From Eledone cirrhosa (lineage: Eukaryota): 64,000 nucleotides of DNA. Positions 1 to 14,950 of the stretch are shown one piece after another. The notes below the pieces were generated by a model. The model was not told the origin of the DNA, did not search any database, and saw only the letters and a program-made list of their open reading frames with translations. The translations under genes were made by a program, and so were the position numbers. Location: the NCBI GenBank assembly GCA_964016885.1, contig OZ024745.1, positions 69,192,001-69,256,000 on the forward strand, in the 5' to 3' direction. How positions within the stretch are numbered: the stretch's first letter is position 1; each line of letters starts with the position of its first letter.

Positions 1-160
1 TCACTCTCACTCTTTCTCTTTGTAACACACTAACATTCCTCCTCTCTATCGCTGTGACGAATGGGAAGATGGAGGAGAAGGAGGAGGAGAGAGTAACTTC
101 GTCACTTCACCTCTGCCTTTCTTTCTCTCCCCTCTCACTCCCTCATTACGTACAGACATT

Positions 161-355
161 AGGGCGGTGGATTGGCAGAATCTGTAGAGAGTCGGACACC
201 ATGCTTCATAGCATGGAGTTACGTCCCTCTACGGTCTGAGTTCAAATACCGCCGAGGTTAACTTTGCCTTTCATCCTCACGGGGTCGATAGAATAAAATA
301 CCAGTAATGTACTGGGTAATTGCTGGCCTTGTGCCAAAAGTAGAAACAATTATTA
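161..355 (+). mobile_element. tRNA-derived SINE (family A, Deu/Nin-like central domain, (ATT)n tail)
   Basis: A-box-like TGGCAGAATCTGT and B-box GAGTTCAAATACC are followed by GCCGAGGTTAACTTTGCCTTTCATCC..GGGGTCGATA and the tail GTAGAAACAATTATTA. Near-identical copies lie at 41.3, 43.4, 47.1 and 48.2 kb. Confidence 0.85.
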
Positions 356-470
356 GAAACATTGCTTCATTTTTACATATCTAAGCATTAGTAAAATAAC
401 TAATAATTTCAAAAGTAATTTTTCAATTCCAATTGTTATGAACAGCAAAACATTAATAATAATTTTGTTC

Positions 471-619
471 TAAGAAATATATATACATTTCTGTGTGTGT
501 AATATATATATATATATATACACACACAGAAATATATATATATACACACAGAAATATATATACATTTCTGTGTGTGTAATATATATATACACAGAAATAT
601 ATATACATTTCTGTGTATG

Positions 620-625
<6 letters not shown>
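471..625. repeat. Short tandem array of a self-complementary unit CACAGAAAT-ATATATAC-ATTTCTGTG separated by (TA)n
   Basis: Three copies are read directly from the sequence. Confidence 0.8.
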
Positions 626-690
<65 letters not shown>

Positions 691-949
691 GCAATATATG
701 GGCATTTCTCTGTTTGGCTGTCTGTCCTCCCCTAAAACTCAAATGTAGGTGCTACAGAAATATTACCTTCCCCTTCCTTTCTCCACTTTGGTACTACCAA
801 GAGAAACACTGTCGCTATAGAAACATTACCTTCCCCTCTCCACTGACTTTGGTCACTGAGGCCGAGGGAATCGCTGGTTGCTATAGAGACACCATGCACA
901 AGCCAGAAGTAACCAGTTCGAGGCGGTTCTGACTTGACACCATGCCAAG

Positions 950-1463
950 TCTACTTATAATATATAATGTGCATTTCTCTGTTTGTTTGTCTGTCTGTCC
1001 GTCTGTAAAAAATGCCAAGGAAACAAATAGACGCGGTTTCAAATCTCTATGCTTTTCAAATTCATTACATTAATCTTTATTTATGCGTTTCGCTTTACGA
1101 GTGTTTCGACTTACGAGTTTTTCGGATTACGAGTGTTTCGGATTATCATTATATATAAACGTTTCTATTTCCATCGTTTTATCGTAAACGTTTATATATT
1201 TCCATCGTTATATCATAACGTTTATGTATCATAATGTTTATATTTCCGTCACTAATCTCTTTTTCTCCTTTTTCGTTTTAACATATATTTATTTCAAAGA
1301 TTTCAGCGTATAGATAACATATATATTTATACATGCATAAAAGACACACCGAGAGACGGTGAACATGTGGTGCCGAAAGCATTTCTCATCCAAATATCAA
1401 CAATATCAGTATATACACTAGATTTGCTAGCAGAAAACCGCCCACCGGGTGGTTTTCTGCTAG
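950..1463 (+). mobile_element. Putative non-autonomous Helitron-like element
   Basis: It starts TCTACTTATAATATATAA, has a (GTCT)n-like tract near the 5' end, and ends in a GC-rich hairpin closing on CTAG at 1460-1463. Confidence 0.5.
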
Positions 1464-1484
1464 TCTATATTTATAAAACTGAGG

Positions 1485-1523
<39 letters not shown>

Positions 1524-2381
1524 CTAAAACGGTCGGCACACAACTCCTCCTTAACGGTACGTTCAAATTTCGTTGAAGTTGCTACACTTATAGATGAAGC
1601 TCCGGCGGAGACATCGGTCAAAACAATTTTCAAATCGACCCACGCCAAGTGCAAAAATCGAAATTGTAATGTATTGATTTTTCAGTTCAAATGTATAAAT
1701 AGAGATGAGAGACGAGTTATTTCCCTTTTATGGCGTCATTTGCTTATCTATTTATGTTACGTATATACGACGCGTGCAAAAGTACAAAAATATACCAACA
1801 ACTTTCGGACCAGCCAAAATTTAACCTGCAAAATTCATGAGTTCAAATTTACAACATTAAGCTTCCATTTTGCTTCATTTCCATTTAAAAGTCTTTTAAA
1901 ACAATATTTTTACTTGAAAACAAGCCTATTTGAATACACCGTAAAACAAGCAAATATTTTGTAAAAAAAGCATTCATCTCGATTAAAGCCGGATGAGATT
2001 TTCATTTAGAAGCAATGATTTTAAACGACAGATAACGCATTTTTTTTTTTTTTTTTTCGTGTCCATCCAATTTCTTTGTTTCAAAATAACTGATAGTTTG
2101 GTTACGCTGATGTTTTTCTCTGAGACAAGTGTTGCAGTGTTTAAATTTTTGATTTGTTAATAGATTACCAGTGCAGTTTTTATCCCCAGCATCCTCTTTT
2201 GTTTTAACATTCGGGTTATGGTTATGTTTTCTTAACTTCATAAGGCATACTGTTGGTTGAGGGAGTATTAATCAAAAGTAGCACATGAAAGTCTACACTG
2301 TAGACCCTACAGTTTTTAAGCCAAGAAAGGAACTTAACATTGTAATTTTAACACAACTACTGAGCTGGGCCTTACTGATAG
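1464..2381 (+). mobile_element. Second, abutting Helitron-like non-autonomous element
   Basis: It starts TCTATATTTATAAAACTG followed by (GTCT)n, a typical 5' end for animal non-autonomous Helitrons. The 3' end is degenerate (GCTGGGCCTTACTGATAG), so that boundary is uncertain. Confidence 0.45.
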
Positions 2382-2387
2382 TATATT

Positions 2388-2436
<49 letters not shown>

Positions 2437-2747
2437 ATGTAGGTACATATATATACGAACAGCATTTAAGGTCAAGTGAAAAATAAATCTCAAAGAGAGG
2501 TAAATTGGTTGAGTTTATTGGAGCATTTTATTCGTTGTTCATTTTCTACTTTGATGCGGGCAGCGTAGGTGTTGCTGGTATCGGTGTTGCTAGTGCTGGT
2601 GGTATGGGCGGGGAATCGTATGTTCGATTCACGTGTAGAAAAGAAAAAAAAACGGTTGTATGTCTGATTGCTAGAAGAAGTATCCATTATTGCGGATATT
2701 TACCACGTAGATGAGATTGTCAAATGTAAAATCAATAAATCAATATA

Positions 2748-3010
2748 GACGTAGGCACACCAGTGTGGTTAAGGATTTAGCAGCACAATCACCTGGTTTC
2801 GGATTCAGTCCCACTGCATTGAACATCCAGAAAATGTCCTACTAAATCTTCGGGATTACCTTGAGAGGGGAATTTGGTAGACGGAGGCGCAGAACCTCCC
2901 CTCCCCCCTCACATATTTATATATGTATGTGTGTGTACATGTATATATATATATGTATGTGTGTGTGTGCCCGCTTTTGTGTATTTATATATATATATAC
3001 GTGTGCATGA

Positions 3011-3055
<45 letters not shown>

Positions 3056-3290
3056 TGTGTGTGTGTGAATACTCGTGCTTATATCTCGGAATTTAGCAGT
3101 AGTACAAGCATGTTCAGTTACATGGTGGTGCCCCAGAATGGCTTTATCCTGTCGGCTGGAACTCCTAATAGAGTCTGTACCAGACTTGAAACAATTAATA
3201 TCTTTGAGCAATATAATCGATTGACTTCCTTTTAGGGCTTGCTCTAGCATAACCACAGTCGAATGATTAAAACCGGTAATATAGAAGAAA
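2748..3290 (+). mobile_element. tRNA-derived SINE (family B) with internal (TG)n microsatellite
   Basis: Head ...GTGTGGTTAAG...GGATTCAGTCCCACTGC...GAATTTGGTAGACGGA; 3' end TGCTCTAGCATAACCACAGTCGAATGATTAAAAC. Confidence 0.6.
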
Positions 3291-3646
3291 AGAACATTTC
3301 AAGGAAAATATTCTTTCACCCTTAACAATAGAAGACGTTGTAATCATTGATAAACATTATAGTAACCTCGGCTCTGTTGGTTGGGCGGTGCAGTATTAGG
3401 AGGAAAATGGCAGTTTTGGCGATAACAACGCAATGAATGATAATTAACATGAAATGGGTATAAAGAAAATTGCTGTTAAAACAAAAGAATAAGTCTTATG
3501 GTTGGATAGAATAAGATTGTTATGAACTGTAGCCTGGTTGGCTTGGCTTAAGTCGGGATTGAAAGAAGAAATTCTACTAAAGAAAATAAAGTCAAAAAAC
3601 GAAACGAAAGAAAAGTCTTTTTGAAGAACATGAAATCATTGGAGTT

Positions 3647-4529
<883 letters not shown>

Positions 4530-4995
4530 GCAGGAAGGCTGAGTGATAAGAATTGATTCAGATAATCCAACATAATTTAAAATAATCTTAACATCTTCAC
4601 ATCTAATAAAGCTAGCAACTGATTGATTTGCTTTTTGTTTTTTTTTACATATTGCTCATAACCCCTTGTAAGGAAAAAACAAAACATATAGAAAATAAAG
4701 AAAAAATAAAGCAAACAAAATAAATATCATGAAAGTAATAGAAAATATGAATTTAATATGCAATCTCGCGAATTGTGTATAATGGACAAAATTTGAATGG
4801 AGTCAAATGGTTAGTGAATGATAATCGATAAAACACCGATTTCTAAATTAGATATGTTGTGAGGACATTTCCTTTCTTCAACTAAAGGCTGGCAGACTTT
4901 AACCTTAGAGTTATTATGTTGGAAGTAATATTAGGAAGATACCCCAATTACCTCCCCTCTTTACAGTTAATCATGTTTTTCATCGATATTTCCAT

Positions 4996-5570
<575 letters not shown>

Positions 5571-5977
5571 TATTTTTACCTGGCAAATTCTGATTTTATA
5601 CTACATTAGAAACCAAATGAACCATGAATAAATAAATAAATAAATAAATACATAAATAGGCCTTTTTCTTTCGAAGAACAACGTATTAATACAACTATTA
5701 TTTTGACTGGAAGAAAATAATAGATTGATTGTTCTAAGGGGTTACATGCCCCCTTTACACAGCAATCAATCTAAAAGAAAAATGCATCACATAATGATAT
5801 AAGTGGCCATTTTGCTTTCAGCGAATGCTTCACAAATTATCTTTTGAAAATTAGTAATCCTGATTATTTATACTTCCTTTCATTAACTAAAAGAAATAGT
5901 ATGTAAACCATTTATAAAATACATTGTGTATTGAATTTTAATAAAAATAAGTAGTGTGAAATTTTCTTCTTCTTCTT

Positions 5978-5978
<1 letters not shown>

Positions 5979-6030
<52 letters not shown>
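5979..6030. repeat. (CTA)n microsatellite
   Basis: Direct read. Confidence 0.95.
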
Positions 6031-6031
<1 letters not shown>

Positions 6032-7761
6032 CAAATAAGCTCCTTCCCGAGGCAAAATGACAAAATAGCTAATACTATTAATGGTCGGATATTGTTCCTG
6101 CACATTTCAATTCCTCTTCATGCAATTTCCATCTTGACAACAGCTGAAGCATTAGTCTTTCAAACGTTGCAGCTTCTATGAACCAACCACTAGCGATATG
6201 GGGTTGGGATTTTTTGTCGTAGACACTTACTGCTGTAGATGAGTTTAACCCTGCTCTATACTTTACCAGCCTGTGTTTGGTTCGAGAATGTTTAGCAATT
6301 ATACCTCATATCTGAAGGTAGTTCCTCAATCTTTCTCCCGAGGACTCTGTTCTACTACAGATATATTTGTTCCGTTGTATGACTACAGCTATGCTTAACT
6401 CCTAGTACAACTACAGAAATACTTAGGCCCATAGTACAACTACGGGTATATTTGACTTTATAGATGGGTTGCTGTCAAGTACAACCACTCTGATTAGAGG
6501 AGAACTGGAAATTATGGGAGAGAATACGTGACTTCACACACAAGTTTTCCAGACTTGCAACCTCACTAACGGGTGTCATACTAAACCATTATACATTAAA
6601 ATAAAACCTTTATACATTACATACCTGGAATAAAGTGTTTTACTACTCTTCTTTATTTAGAAATCTTATTCAAATCAATGTTTTACGATCCATTAATATT
6701 TACCATTCTCCCACGTAGTTGGTTTACTTGGTTATAATTTTACTTTATCAGCAGCGTCATTAGACAGTTGTATGAAATATCTTGTTATAATTTTCAGACG
6801 CTATCCATTCTGACTTCAAATTTCGCCAATATCAATTTTGTGGTTCATGCTTTCAGGTTAAATAAATATAGTGCCATTTAAGAGCATGTAAATTTACAGC
6901 ATATATATTGGCTCTGTGCATATTGGATTCAATTTCGATATCTTGTTATAGGAGAAATTGGAACATGATAGGACAGGGTCCCATTCATTAAAACATTCAT
7001 TAAACCGTTTATGTTGTGCATGTAACCTCATATGAGGTTGGAGAAACTTGGTCTGGTGTAAGATGTAACAACACTATCGTCTCGTTATCTACTTTAGTTT
7101 TGATGTTTATATATCAACATGTACTTTTTATCAAAGCAAATTTAATTATGTGTGAATTGATTTTCTTAATTTCCATTTTATTTATGATTAATTTTCTTCC
7201 TAACAACTCATAGACACTACCCTCAGCAATAGAAAATATGAAATCATTAATTAAAACATGGAAACAACAAATTAAAATATCTTTTCTTTATTGAAGAAAC
7301 AATCTAAAGTTGTTATCAGCATCAGCTAAGTTTGTGTTAGCATATTTAATGCAATGGGCATGAAAAAACTCTTATTTGAAAGAGGAAAATGTTGAAGAAA
7401 ACAATATTACTACTCATCTTCTCAGCTACTACAGGACGATTTCGATCCTAACCTGATCTCACCAGTGAAGGGTAAATGCCACTATACATGCCAAGGAATG
7501 TTGAAAAAAATCACTGAGTGTATTTGAGAGTGTATTGGTTTTCGTTGAAAATTGAATTGTTTAAAGAATAAATGACTCAGAAATGCCTATTGTATGGTAA
7601 TATGTATTAAGATGATGTTAACATATTTAATGAAGATAGTATCGAATATGTTAACAGTAATGTAACTAAAATAAATTTGAAGGTTATCTCTATTGGTACT
7701 GCCCTATGGAAGAAACACCATGATTAACCATATAAGGAATTGTATGATTAGATAATACGTA

Positions 7762-7987
7762 AGGGTGGTGGATTAGCAGTGTAGGTAGAACGTCAGATAA
7801 TATGCTTTGCGGTATACAGTTATGACCCTTTACACCCTGAGCTCAAATCACGCCGAGTTTAGCTTAGTCTTTCATTTCTTACGGAGTAGATACAAATAAA
7901 GCACCAGTAACGCACTGGAGTCGATTTAATCGACTTTTCCCTCCCCTTCAAATTCCAGGCCTTGGGCTAAAGCAGAAACAATTATTA
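7762..7987 (+). mobile_element. tRNA-derived SINE (family A), diverged, with 12-bp TSD ATTAGATAATAC
   Basis: Homologous to 161-355; the TSD lies at 7747-7758 and 7984-7995. Confidence 0.75.
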
Positions 7988-8616
7988 GATAATACACATC
8001 TTTTAAATATAAAACGTGGTAGCAGCGTGTTTGACTCACAATCATTAAGTAAATAGTTCATTTCTTGACGCTACCTTCCGTCTTGAACAAGAAATTGTTT
8101 TCACTAAGCTCTAGTCGGCTTAGCTAGAAAAAACGTGCTGTTCCATTAATTCAAAGAGCCAGTTTTGTCACATATTGTTGTACGGAAAATCTCCCTCCCT
8201 GAAAATTACATTAATATTACTCCTGTCTATAATATGCTGGGTCCTTTGTACGTTGATTTCCTGAGCAGGATGTTTCGTTGATGAAAAAGGTAGAATATTC
8301 GTCGTCGGAAACAAAGGCGGTCCAATACTATGTTTTAAACGGAAAAACAAAATCGGAATATTGTAACATTAATAGCACTTCCAAGCTATTTAGCAATACC
8401 GGTCAAATGAATATAGTGAAGACGCATGGATTAGTGTTGAGGATGTTGGGCCGCGAGTTCGATTCACTGATCAGCCGTCGTGTTCTTTTCTTGAGCTAAC
8501 ACTTCATTTAAATTGTTCCGATTCATTGAAACTGGACTTTCACAGCATTATATGATATTAATAAATATAATTCTCTAAAGGTTATAGTAATAAAATGATC
8601 CCCAAACTTGTCATTT

Positions 8617-8892
8617 AGTGGTGTTGATCATGAGTTCGATTTGGGCGTGGGGTATTGACCAAGACAATTTATTTCACGTTGCTCCAGTTCACTCAGCTGG
8701 ATAAATGTATTGTTGATGTAATTTAAAGTGTCAGTCATGCCACACTATGTCACAATGAATTTCTCTGAAAACCAATTTTAGTATGCCCGTGTCTGTGGAA
8801 TGCTCAGTCACTTCGACTCCAATTTCACGAGCAAGCTATTTATTTGTTCATACAATTGGAACACTTGTCGACAGAACCGATGGATGTCCTTC
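8617..8892 (+). mobile_element. Diverged CORE-like SINE (family C)
   Basis: Contains GAGTTCGAT...ACCAAGACAATTTATTTCACGTTGCTCCAGTTCACTCAGCTG. Related pieces occur at 8010-8170 and 8416-8530, and on the minus strand at 56240-56512 and 59600-59740. Confidence 0.55.
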
Positions 8893-8924
8893 CACAAAAT
8901 CACATTTGTTTACTTTACACGTAT

Positions 8925-9113
8925 ATAGAAAAACACACCCACTGTTTGGTTTGGTTTTTCGCTTCAGTTTATCTTTATATTTCTATAAATAATTTAGTTG
9001 GCAATCAATGTTTATAATTGATTGACCAACAGTTAAAATATAAATATCGTTTCTCAGAAATATAAAGATATACTGAAGGAAACCAAACCAAACAGTGAGT
9101 GTGTTTTACTATA
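8925..9113. mobile_element. Foldback/MITE-like element with about 60-bp imperfect terminal inverted repeats
   Basis: TATAGAAAAACACACCCACTGTTTGGTTTGGTTT... pairs with ...AAACCAAACCAAACAGTGAGTGTGTTTTACTATA, plus an inner inverted pair GTTGGCAATCAAT/ATTGATTGACCAAC. Confidence 0.55.
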
Positions 9114-11356
9114 CTTTATTTTTCTAGAAATAGTAGAACATAACCCTCCCCAAATATAGCAATATTTGTTTCAAAACAACATTTCATATAAAGAAAAATT
9201 GCAAAAGAAATACATCGCCGCCACATATTTTTAAATTATTAATTTCAACTTTAATATGATGATTTGTACGATGCAATTACCAATTTCACGGTGTTCTTTT
9301 GTACATTTTCGATCTTGAATTGTACCTAAGAAGGAATAAAAATAAAATACATGACTGTGCTATGTTATGGAATCCTTACAAAATATAATATTGAATCTCA
9401 TGACAACAAACATCCTGTTTATTGACAGTATCTTCATGTGCTTCCATTTACGTGGTAATGCATAATGAAGTTTAACTGTTTATCTATCCGAACGTAGCTT
9501 ATAGTGAATCACTCTTTTCTGTGTCTAAGAATGAGATCATGAAGTTCCCTGTCATTTTAGAGGTAAACCTATTATTGCCTTGGTTATAAACTTTTGAATT
9601 AAGTCGCCAAAGATACGGACTTACGACAGCCGAATGGCTAAGAAGTTCGTTTCCCAAGAAGTAGATTCTCGTCCCATTGCATAGACTATTTGGCAAATAG
9701 TTCTTCACATAGCCTCGAGTCAACAAGTTTTCTGAGGAGATAAGGTAGATGGAGACATTTTGGAAGCCTCTCGAATGGGCCGCATCTCTCACGCTGAATC
9801 TCTGAGAATTAACATAAGATAAATTGTCATGTCGATAGCGACTTATTAGTTAATTTAACGAATATGTTGTTCCGTTGACCAAACAACTGGAAGCCTCGGC
9901 ATCGTAAACGACAACGGTCAATTTTCATATTTATTAAGCTGTGAGTAGTAAACTATTTGATTCAGAACCAATAATCAATCCCGTTTTATTTGTTAGTGAA
10001 TAACATTTCATAACTAATTATATTATTTTTGATGCTAGGCGTCATATGTATTTATGTACATATTTATTTTTAGAGTAAATTTGCTTCCTTATCAACATCA
10101 GTGAACATGTCTATATAATACCAGACGAACGCCAACTTTCAAAGAGAAATACTCTTACTGCTAGGTTCTTACAAACGTTTAGTGATTTAGTCTCCTAGTT
10201 TGAATAAATGCAGACATAAAACTCCGTCCTAGAACACTCCTCCAAACATCATTCATTCCAGAATTTACATATCTACTATTGAATCTGATGTAAATAGATA
10301 TATGGATAATATAATATTGATATGAAAGGAAGCTGTGAGTAAAAGTGAAATCACAGTTGCATTGATTATTTTGGCTGTCTGTCCAAAAGTTTAGCGATTA
10401 TGCACTTTAAATGCGAAACACAAGAATTGATTTCCAGAAAGCAGAAATTATTGATAGACTACAGCACGAGCTTTCTAACTTATATAATACGCCATGTTTT
10501 TCTTCTCTGCCATAAATATGGGAGGGTGGAATTTTATTCCTTCGGAACGTGACAAGAAAAATGAGAGAAAGTCGGATGTTACACTATATAAAAAGAACGA
10601 ATGCATATATTTTTGCAGTGTAAATTCCGAGAAGCTATTTTTGTTGTGGTAATTATTTCTTACTGTTTCTCTTGAATGGCAATTTTTCTTATAATTTTGG
10701 CTTTCCATTTATAGTAAGTCAATTCAGTCACTACTACTAACCTATAGACTAGCATGCGTATTTTCTCGATCAGTATTTATTTTCTCTGCTGTTGCAGACT
10801 GGCGTATATACACAAACAAGCTTACTACACGTTCCTAGCATGAGTTGGTCGGGCAGCCATGTCTAGCATAATCTCCAAAGAAGATAAGTGAGAAATAGAG
10901 CGTATTCTGACAGTAGTGAATCTTCGATAAGCATCCATGTGTGAGACTACGTATTTCTTTTAACAGGCAACCAGAGTAGAATGGCCAGTCATGCGTATCT
11001 GATCGCAAAGAACTTCAGAAATAGATTTAAAGATAGTCACATAGATTCTCAACAAGATATTTTAAAGTAGAACTTCATGCTGATATATGATAGATTTCAA
11101 GACAGCAGGGGCGTGTAAACAATCACATCATAGTTAAGACGTATGCAGAATCACACAGCACATGAAGATATCAATACATAAACATATATGATTAAATACA
11201 TATGTACATGAGAATCTAGGCATACATATTAAAAGAAACACACATATATATCATATTACATTATATTATATTATGTTATATCAAATTATATTATACTATA
11301 TTATAGAATGGGCTAACTAGCTGAAATCGCCCGAGATCGCAGTCGATCGTTTACTT

Positions 11357-11423
<67 letters not shown>

Positions 11424-12470
11424 TCCTTTAAAACATTCACATTCTGTTTCCCTTCCACTCACATATACACACTACTCTTACATCTTAATGAATGAACCAT
11501 CTTTTCAGTTTAAGGGCTCACATACATACACGTGCAGAAGCGACTGGGAGTTTGATGTTGTTTACTCCCAGTCTGTTTTGGTAAAGCTGATCTATGACCA
11601 GTGTTTGTGCTACCATTAAGGGTAACTAGACAATCCCCTGGAGGAAATTTAAAGAATGTCAATTTTACATTTGTATAATTAAATTGACTATATAATAATC
11701 TCTGCGACCAATTAATAAATAACTGAGTATATTTGCCGCGTAACAACCTTCTGGAAATTTCCGAAGCAAAGGGAGGGTCGTATGGTTTTGTGCTCTGTAG
11801 AGATTTTACATACGAGGCTGTCGACTGTGTATAGGAAAATGCAGGTTTAGTATTTTTCTTCGAGTGGTCGGAGCAAGATCTGTGCAAATTTATGTTCGTG
11901 TGACAGCATGCGAAATTGTAAGTTGAAATTATTTTATGTGGGGCAATGGGACGCATAAGCTGGAGAAGGGAGACTAATCTACAGCAGTGAATACACGCAC
12001 AACAGCCAAACAATTGTGAAAATCATTTTATCTTTGACCATTACATAGTTTTAAGTATCTGTTTTAGACATTAGCCATCATCTCCTTTTTATTTAGGAAG
12101 TAAATTCGGCAGCAATTTCTAGCTGGTTCAGTGTTGATTTTAAGGTTAAATCTTACAAGATAGAAATAAGAAAAATATAGAGAGAATAGATTTGCTAAGA
12201 AAAAGGTAGAACAAATGCGGGGGCTGTATTTAGGTATGTCTGTGTAAGTAAACATACACGCATACTCGATTTCACACACATACAGTCACCCTCTCTCTTT
12301 TTTCTCCCCTTCTCTTACTCCGTGTGTCAAGTACATGGTTATACCTATGGGATACCTGCTCACACCTACTTGTCTCACGTAGGAAAATATTTTTATGTTT
12401 ATGACTCCTATATGGGGTTATATTTAAAAACGCACACACATATACATATAAATATATATATATATATACG

Positions 12471-12545
12471 ATATTAAATAAATGGAAACTATATTTATAA
12501 AACCATATTTATTTCATTATACATATTTCAGGGATACCAAATTAA
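12471..12545 (-). mobile_element. Truncated PLE pLTR fragment (33.9/35.5/37.3 kb family) holding the 3' half of the hammerhead
   Basis: Near-identical to 33981-34050. Confidence 0.75.
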
Positions 12546-12559
12546 ATAGAACTTTTGCA

Positions 12560-12615
<56 letters not shown>

Positions 12616-12653
12616 ATGTAAATATATATATATGTATAAATATATATAAATAA

Positions 12654-12687
<34 letters not shown>

Positions 12688-12720
12688 GTATATATATATA
12701 TGTATATATATATATATGTT

Positions 12721-12764
<44 letters not shown>

Positions 12765-12846
12765 TATATATATATAAATATATATATATATATTACCATA
12801 AAAACAATGAGAATCTAAATTCTAAATATATATATATACATATGAT

Positions 12847-12889
<43 letters not shown>

Positions 12890-12965
12890 ATACACACACA
12901 CACAGACATATATATATATATCTGTGTGTGTGTATGTATGTATGTATGTATGTGTGTGTATATAC

Positions 12966-12997
<32 letters not shown>

Positions 12998-13343
12998 TCA
13001 CACATACATACACACACACATACGCATATATATATAAATGTAATTGTTATCAGAGAAACCAGCAGCATCCCTCCATTACTGCCATTTTGTCTCTCATTAT
13101 ATCTAGATATACTCATATATATATGTAAATATAAAAGTACGCCTGCTCTCACACTTCAACATAAGATTTAAATAAATATATATTTTTATCAGTTAAGAAG
13201 CAGAAGAAAGTATGTCATATTGTATATTGGTGAGATTTCACTTAAGAAATCTTCACTCTATAATGAAAAATATTACACACACACACAGCTATATATATAT
13301 TGAGCCCTCTTTGGATTTTAGTCTTCACATTTATTATTATTAC

Positions 13344-13374
<31 letters not shown>

Positions 13375-13560
13375 ATATATGAATATAATACGAGAACAAA
13401 TATGTCTCTTCAGGTGACTTTCTCAGTTATAACTTTCATTAATCTAAGTGATAATGTTTATCTATTTTTCTTTGGGTTAACATCAAACACTTTCTTAGTC
13501 AAACATTTTGTTAGATATCTTCTAGATATCCCTTTGTTAAAAATCTATTATATATATATA

Positions 13561-13760
13561 CATGGTGGCTGCCAACTCGTTTTCGAGTACGGCCACTACT
13601 TTATATCCATGTAGGAGGACCCCTACCAATGCGCTGAACAAGCGTGACTTTTTAGTCCAGCCAGCGACTTGAAAACTCTGGTACAAACACTACACTTGTG
13701 ACAATTATTGACACATAGTGCTAGACCCATGGTACCATGTGATGACAAGTGCAGAGAGAT
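13561..13760. repeat. Dispersed repeat of about 200 bp abutting (TA)n; inverted copy at 33522-33720
   Basis: Direct reverse-complement similarity between the two loci. Confidence 0.8.
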
Positions 13761-13779
13761 CTCCAGATATAAAGCAATG

Positions 13780-14172
13780 CCTGTGCCGTGAAGCTTTTAT
13801 AGTGAGAAAAGGCACTGCACAAAGCCAGTCCCACTCTCTTAACCAAGATGATATTTACCAAAAAGCAGAACAAGTCAACATCATTGGATACCATCAGGGT
13901 TGCAGGTGTTATATCAGAGTTTCCCTTCTCCTAGAATTCTGCCTTGACAAAGGCTAAGGGGTCATCTCTCCCGGTGATTTTGGATGGCCATTGACTCTTA
14001 AGAGCTCCTTTGCCCTTTGACAGGTTTTGTTTTTAGTCCTGCAGGATGTCCAAAGTCACCCTCCTCACCAAGAAAACATGGTGGGGTTGCCAGTTTAGTC
14101 GCCAACGACCCGACCATGAAACAGGTTGTACTGGGATACATGTTACCAGTAGCACCAACTGGTGACCTGACA
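13780..14172 (-). mobile_element. RTE-LINE-related non-autonomous element (copy 1)
   Basis: Homologous to 36765-37285. It contains the CTAGGAGAAGGGAAACTC-type motif I associate with RTE 5' UTRs. Confidence 0.5.
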
Positions 14173-14337
14173 TATATATACATACATACATATATACACA
14201 CACACACCACCATACATATATACACACACACACACCACCATACATATACACACACACACACCACCCCACTCTCAAGAGCGTGAAACTAATAAACCTTTGT
14301 TCGTACTGCCTCTCTGTTTTGTTCCCTTTCAATTTTT

Positions 14338-14367
<30 letters not shown>

Positions 14368-14368
<1 letters not shown>

Positions 14369-14567
14369 ACGAAGGAGGTGTGGTAAGGAACCAGATGGAC
14401 CATAACGCACAAGAGTACTCAATACTTAGGGTAGTAGAGTGGGTAATAGTAAAATGTTTAACCCCGACGGCAGAACTCAAGCCCTTTCGTCGGCTATTTT
14501 TGACTAAATTTAGTCCAAATATAGCCGTCGAAACGGCTTGAGCTCTGTCGTCGTGGTTAAACATTTT
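14368..14567 (-). mobile_element. Mini PLE palindrome (arms 14451-14508 / 14509-14567, tail 14368-14450)
   Basis: Inverted arms with no spacer; half-hammerhead GAAA-CGG-loop-CTG-TC at 14530-14549; tail hairpin at 14415-14441. Confidence 0.7.
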
Positions 14568-14574
14568 CCTCTAT

Positions 14575-14663
<89 letters not shown>

Positions 14664-14865
14664 CAAATATATATGAATATCTCTCTCTCTCTATATATAA
14701 ATATTGATACACACACACACATATATAATATATATATATATATTCATATATATATATATATATATATACACACACTCACACACATATACATACACACATA
14801 GACACATACACATATATATGCACACACACACTCACACATATATACATACACACATAGACACATAA

Positions 14866-14950
<85 letters not shown>

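Noticed and set aside
161-260. tRNA-like A and B boxes
   Set aside because: These are SINE heads that continue into a repeat body and tail; no cloverleaf is formed.
6340-6450. Repeated ACTACAG/ACAACTAC units about 30 bp apart as a CRISPR-like array
   Set aside because: This is a degenerate minisatellite with no unique spacers, in a eukaryotic context with no cas genes.
9499-9792. ORF containing LCNGTR, reminiscent of a PIF1/Helitron helicase motif
   Set aside because: It is a single short motif with no flanking helicase motifs, so chance is likely.
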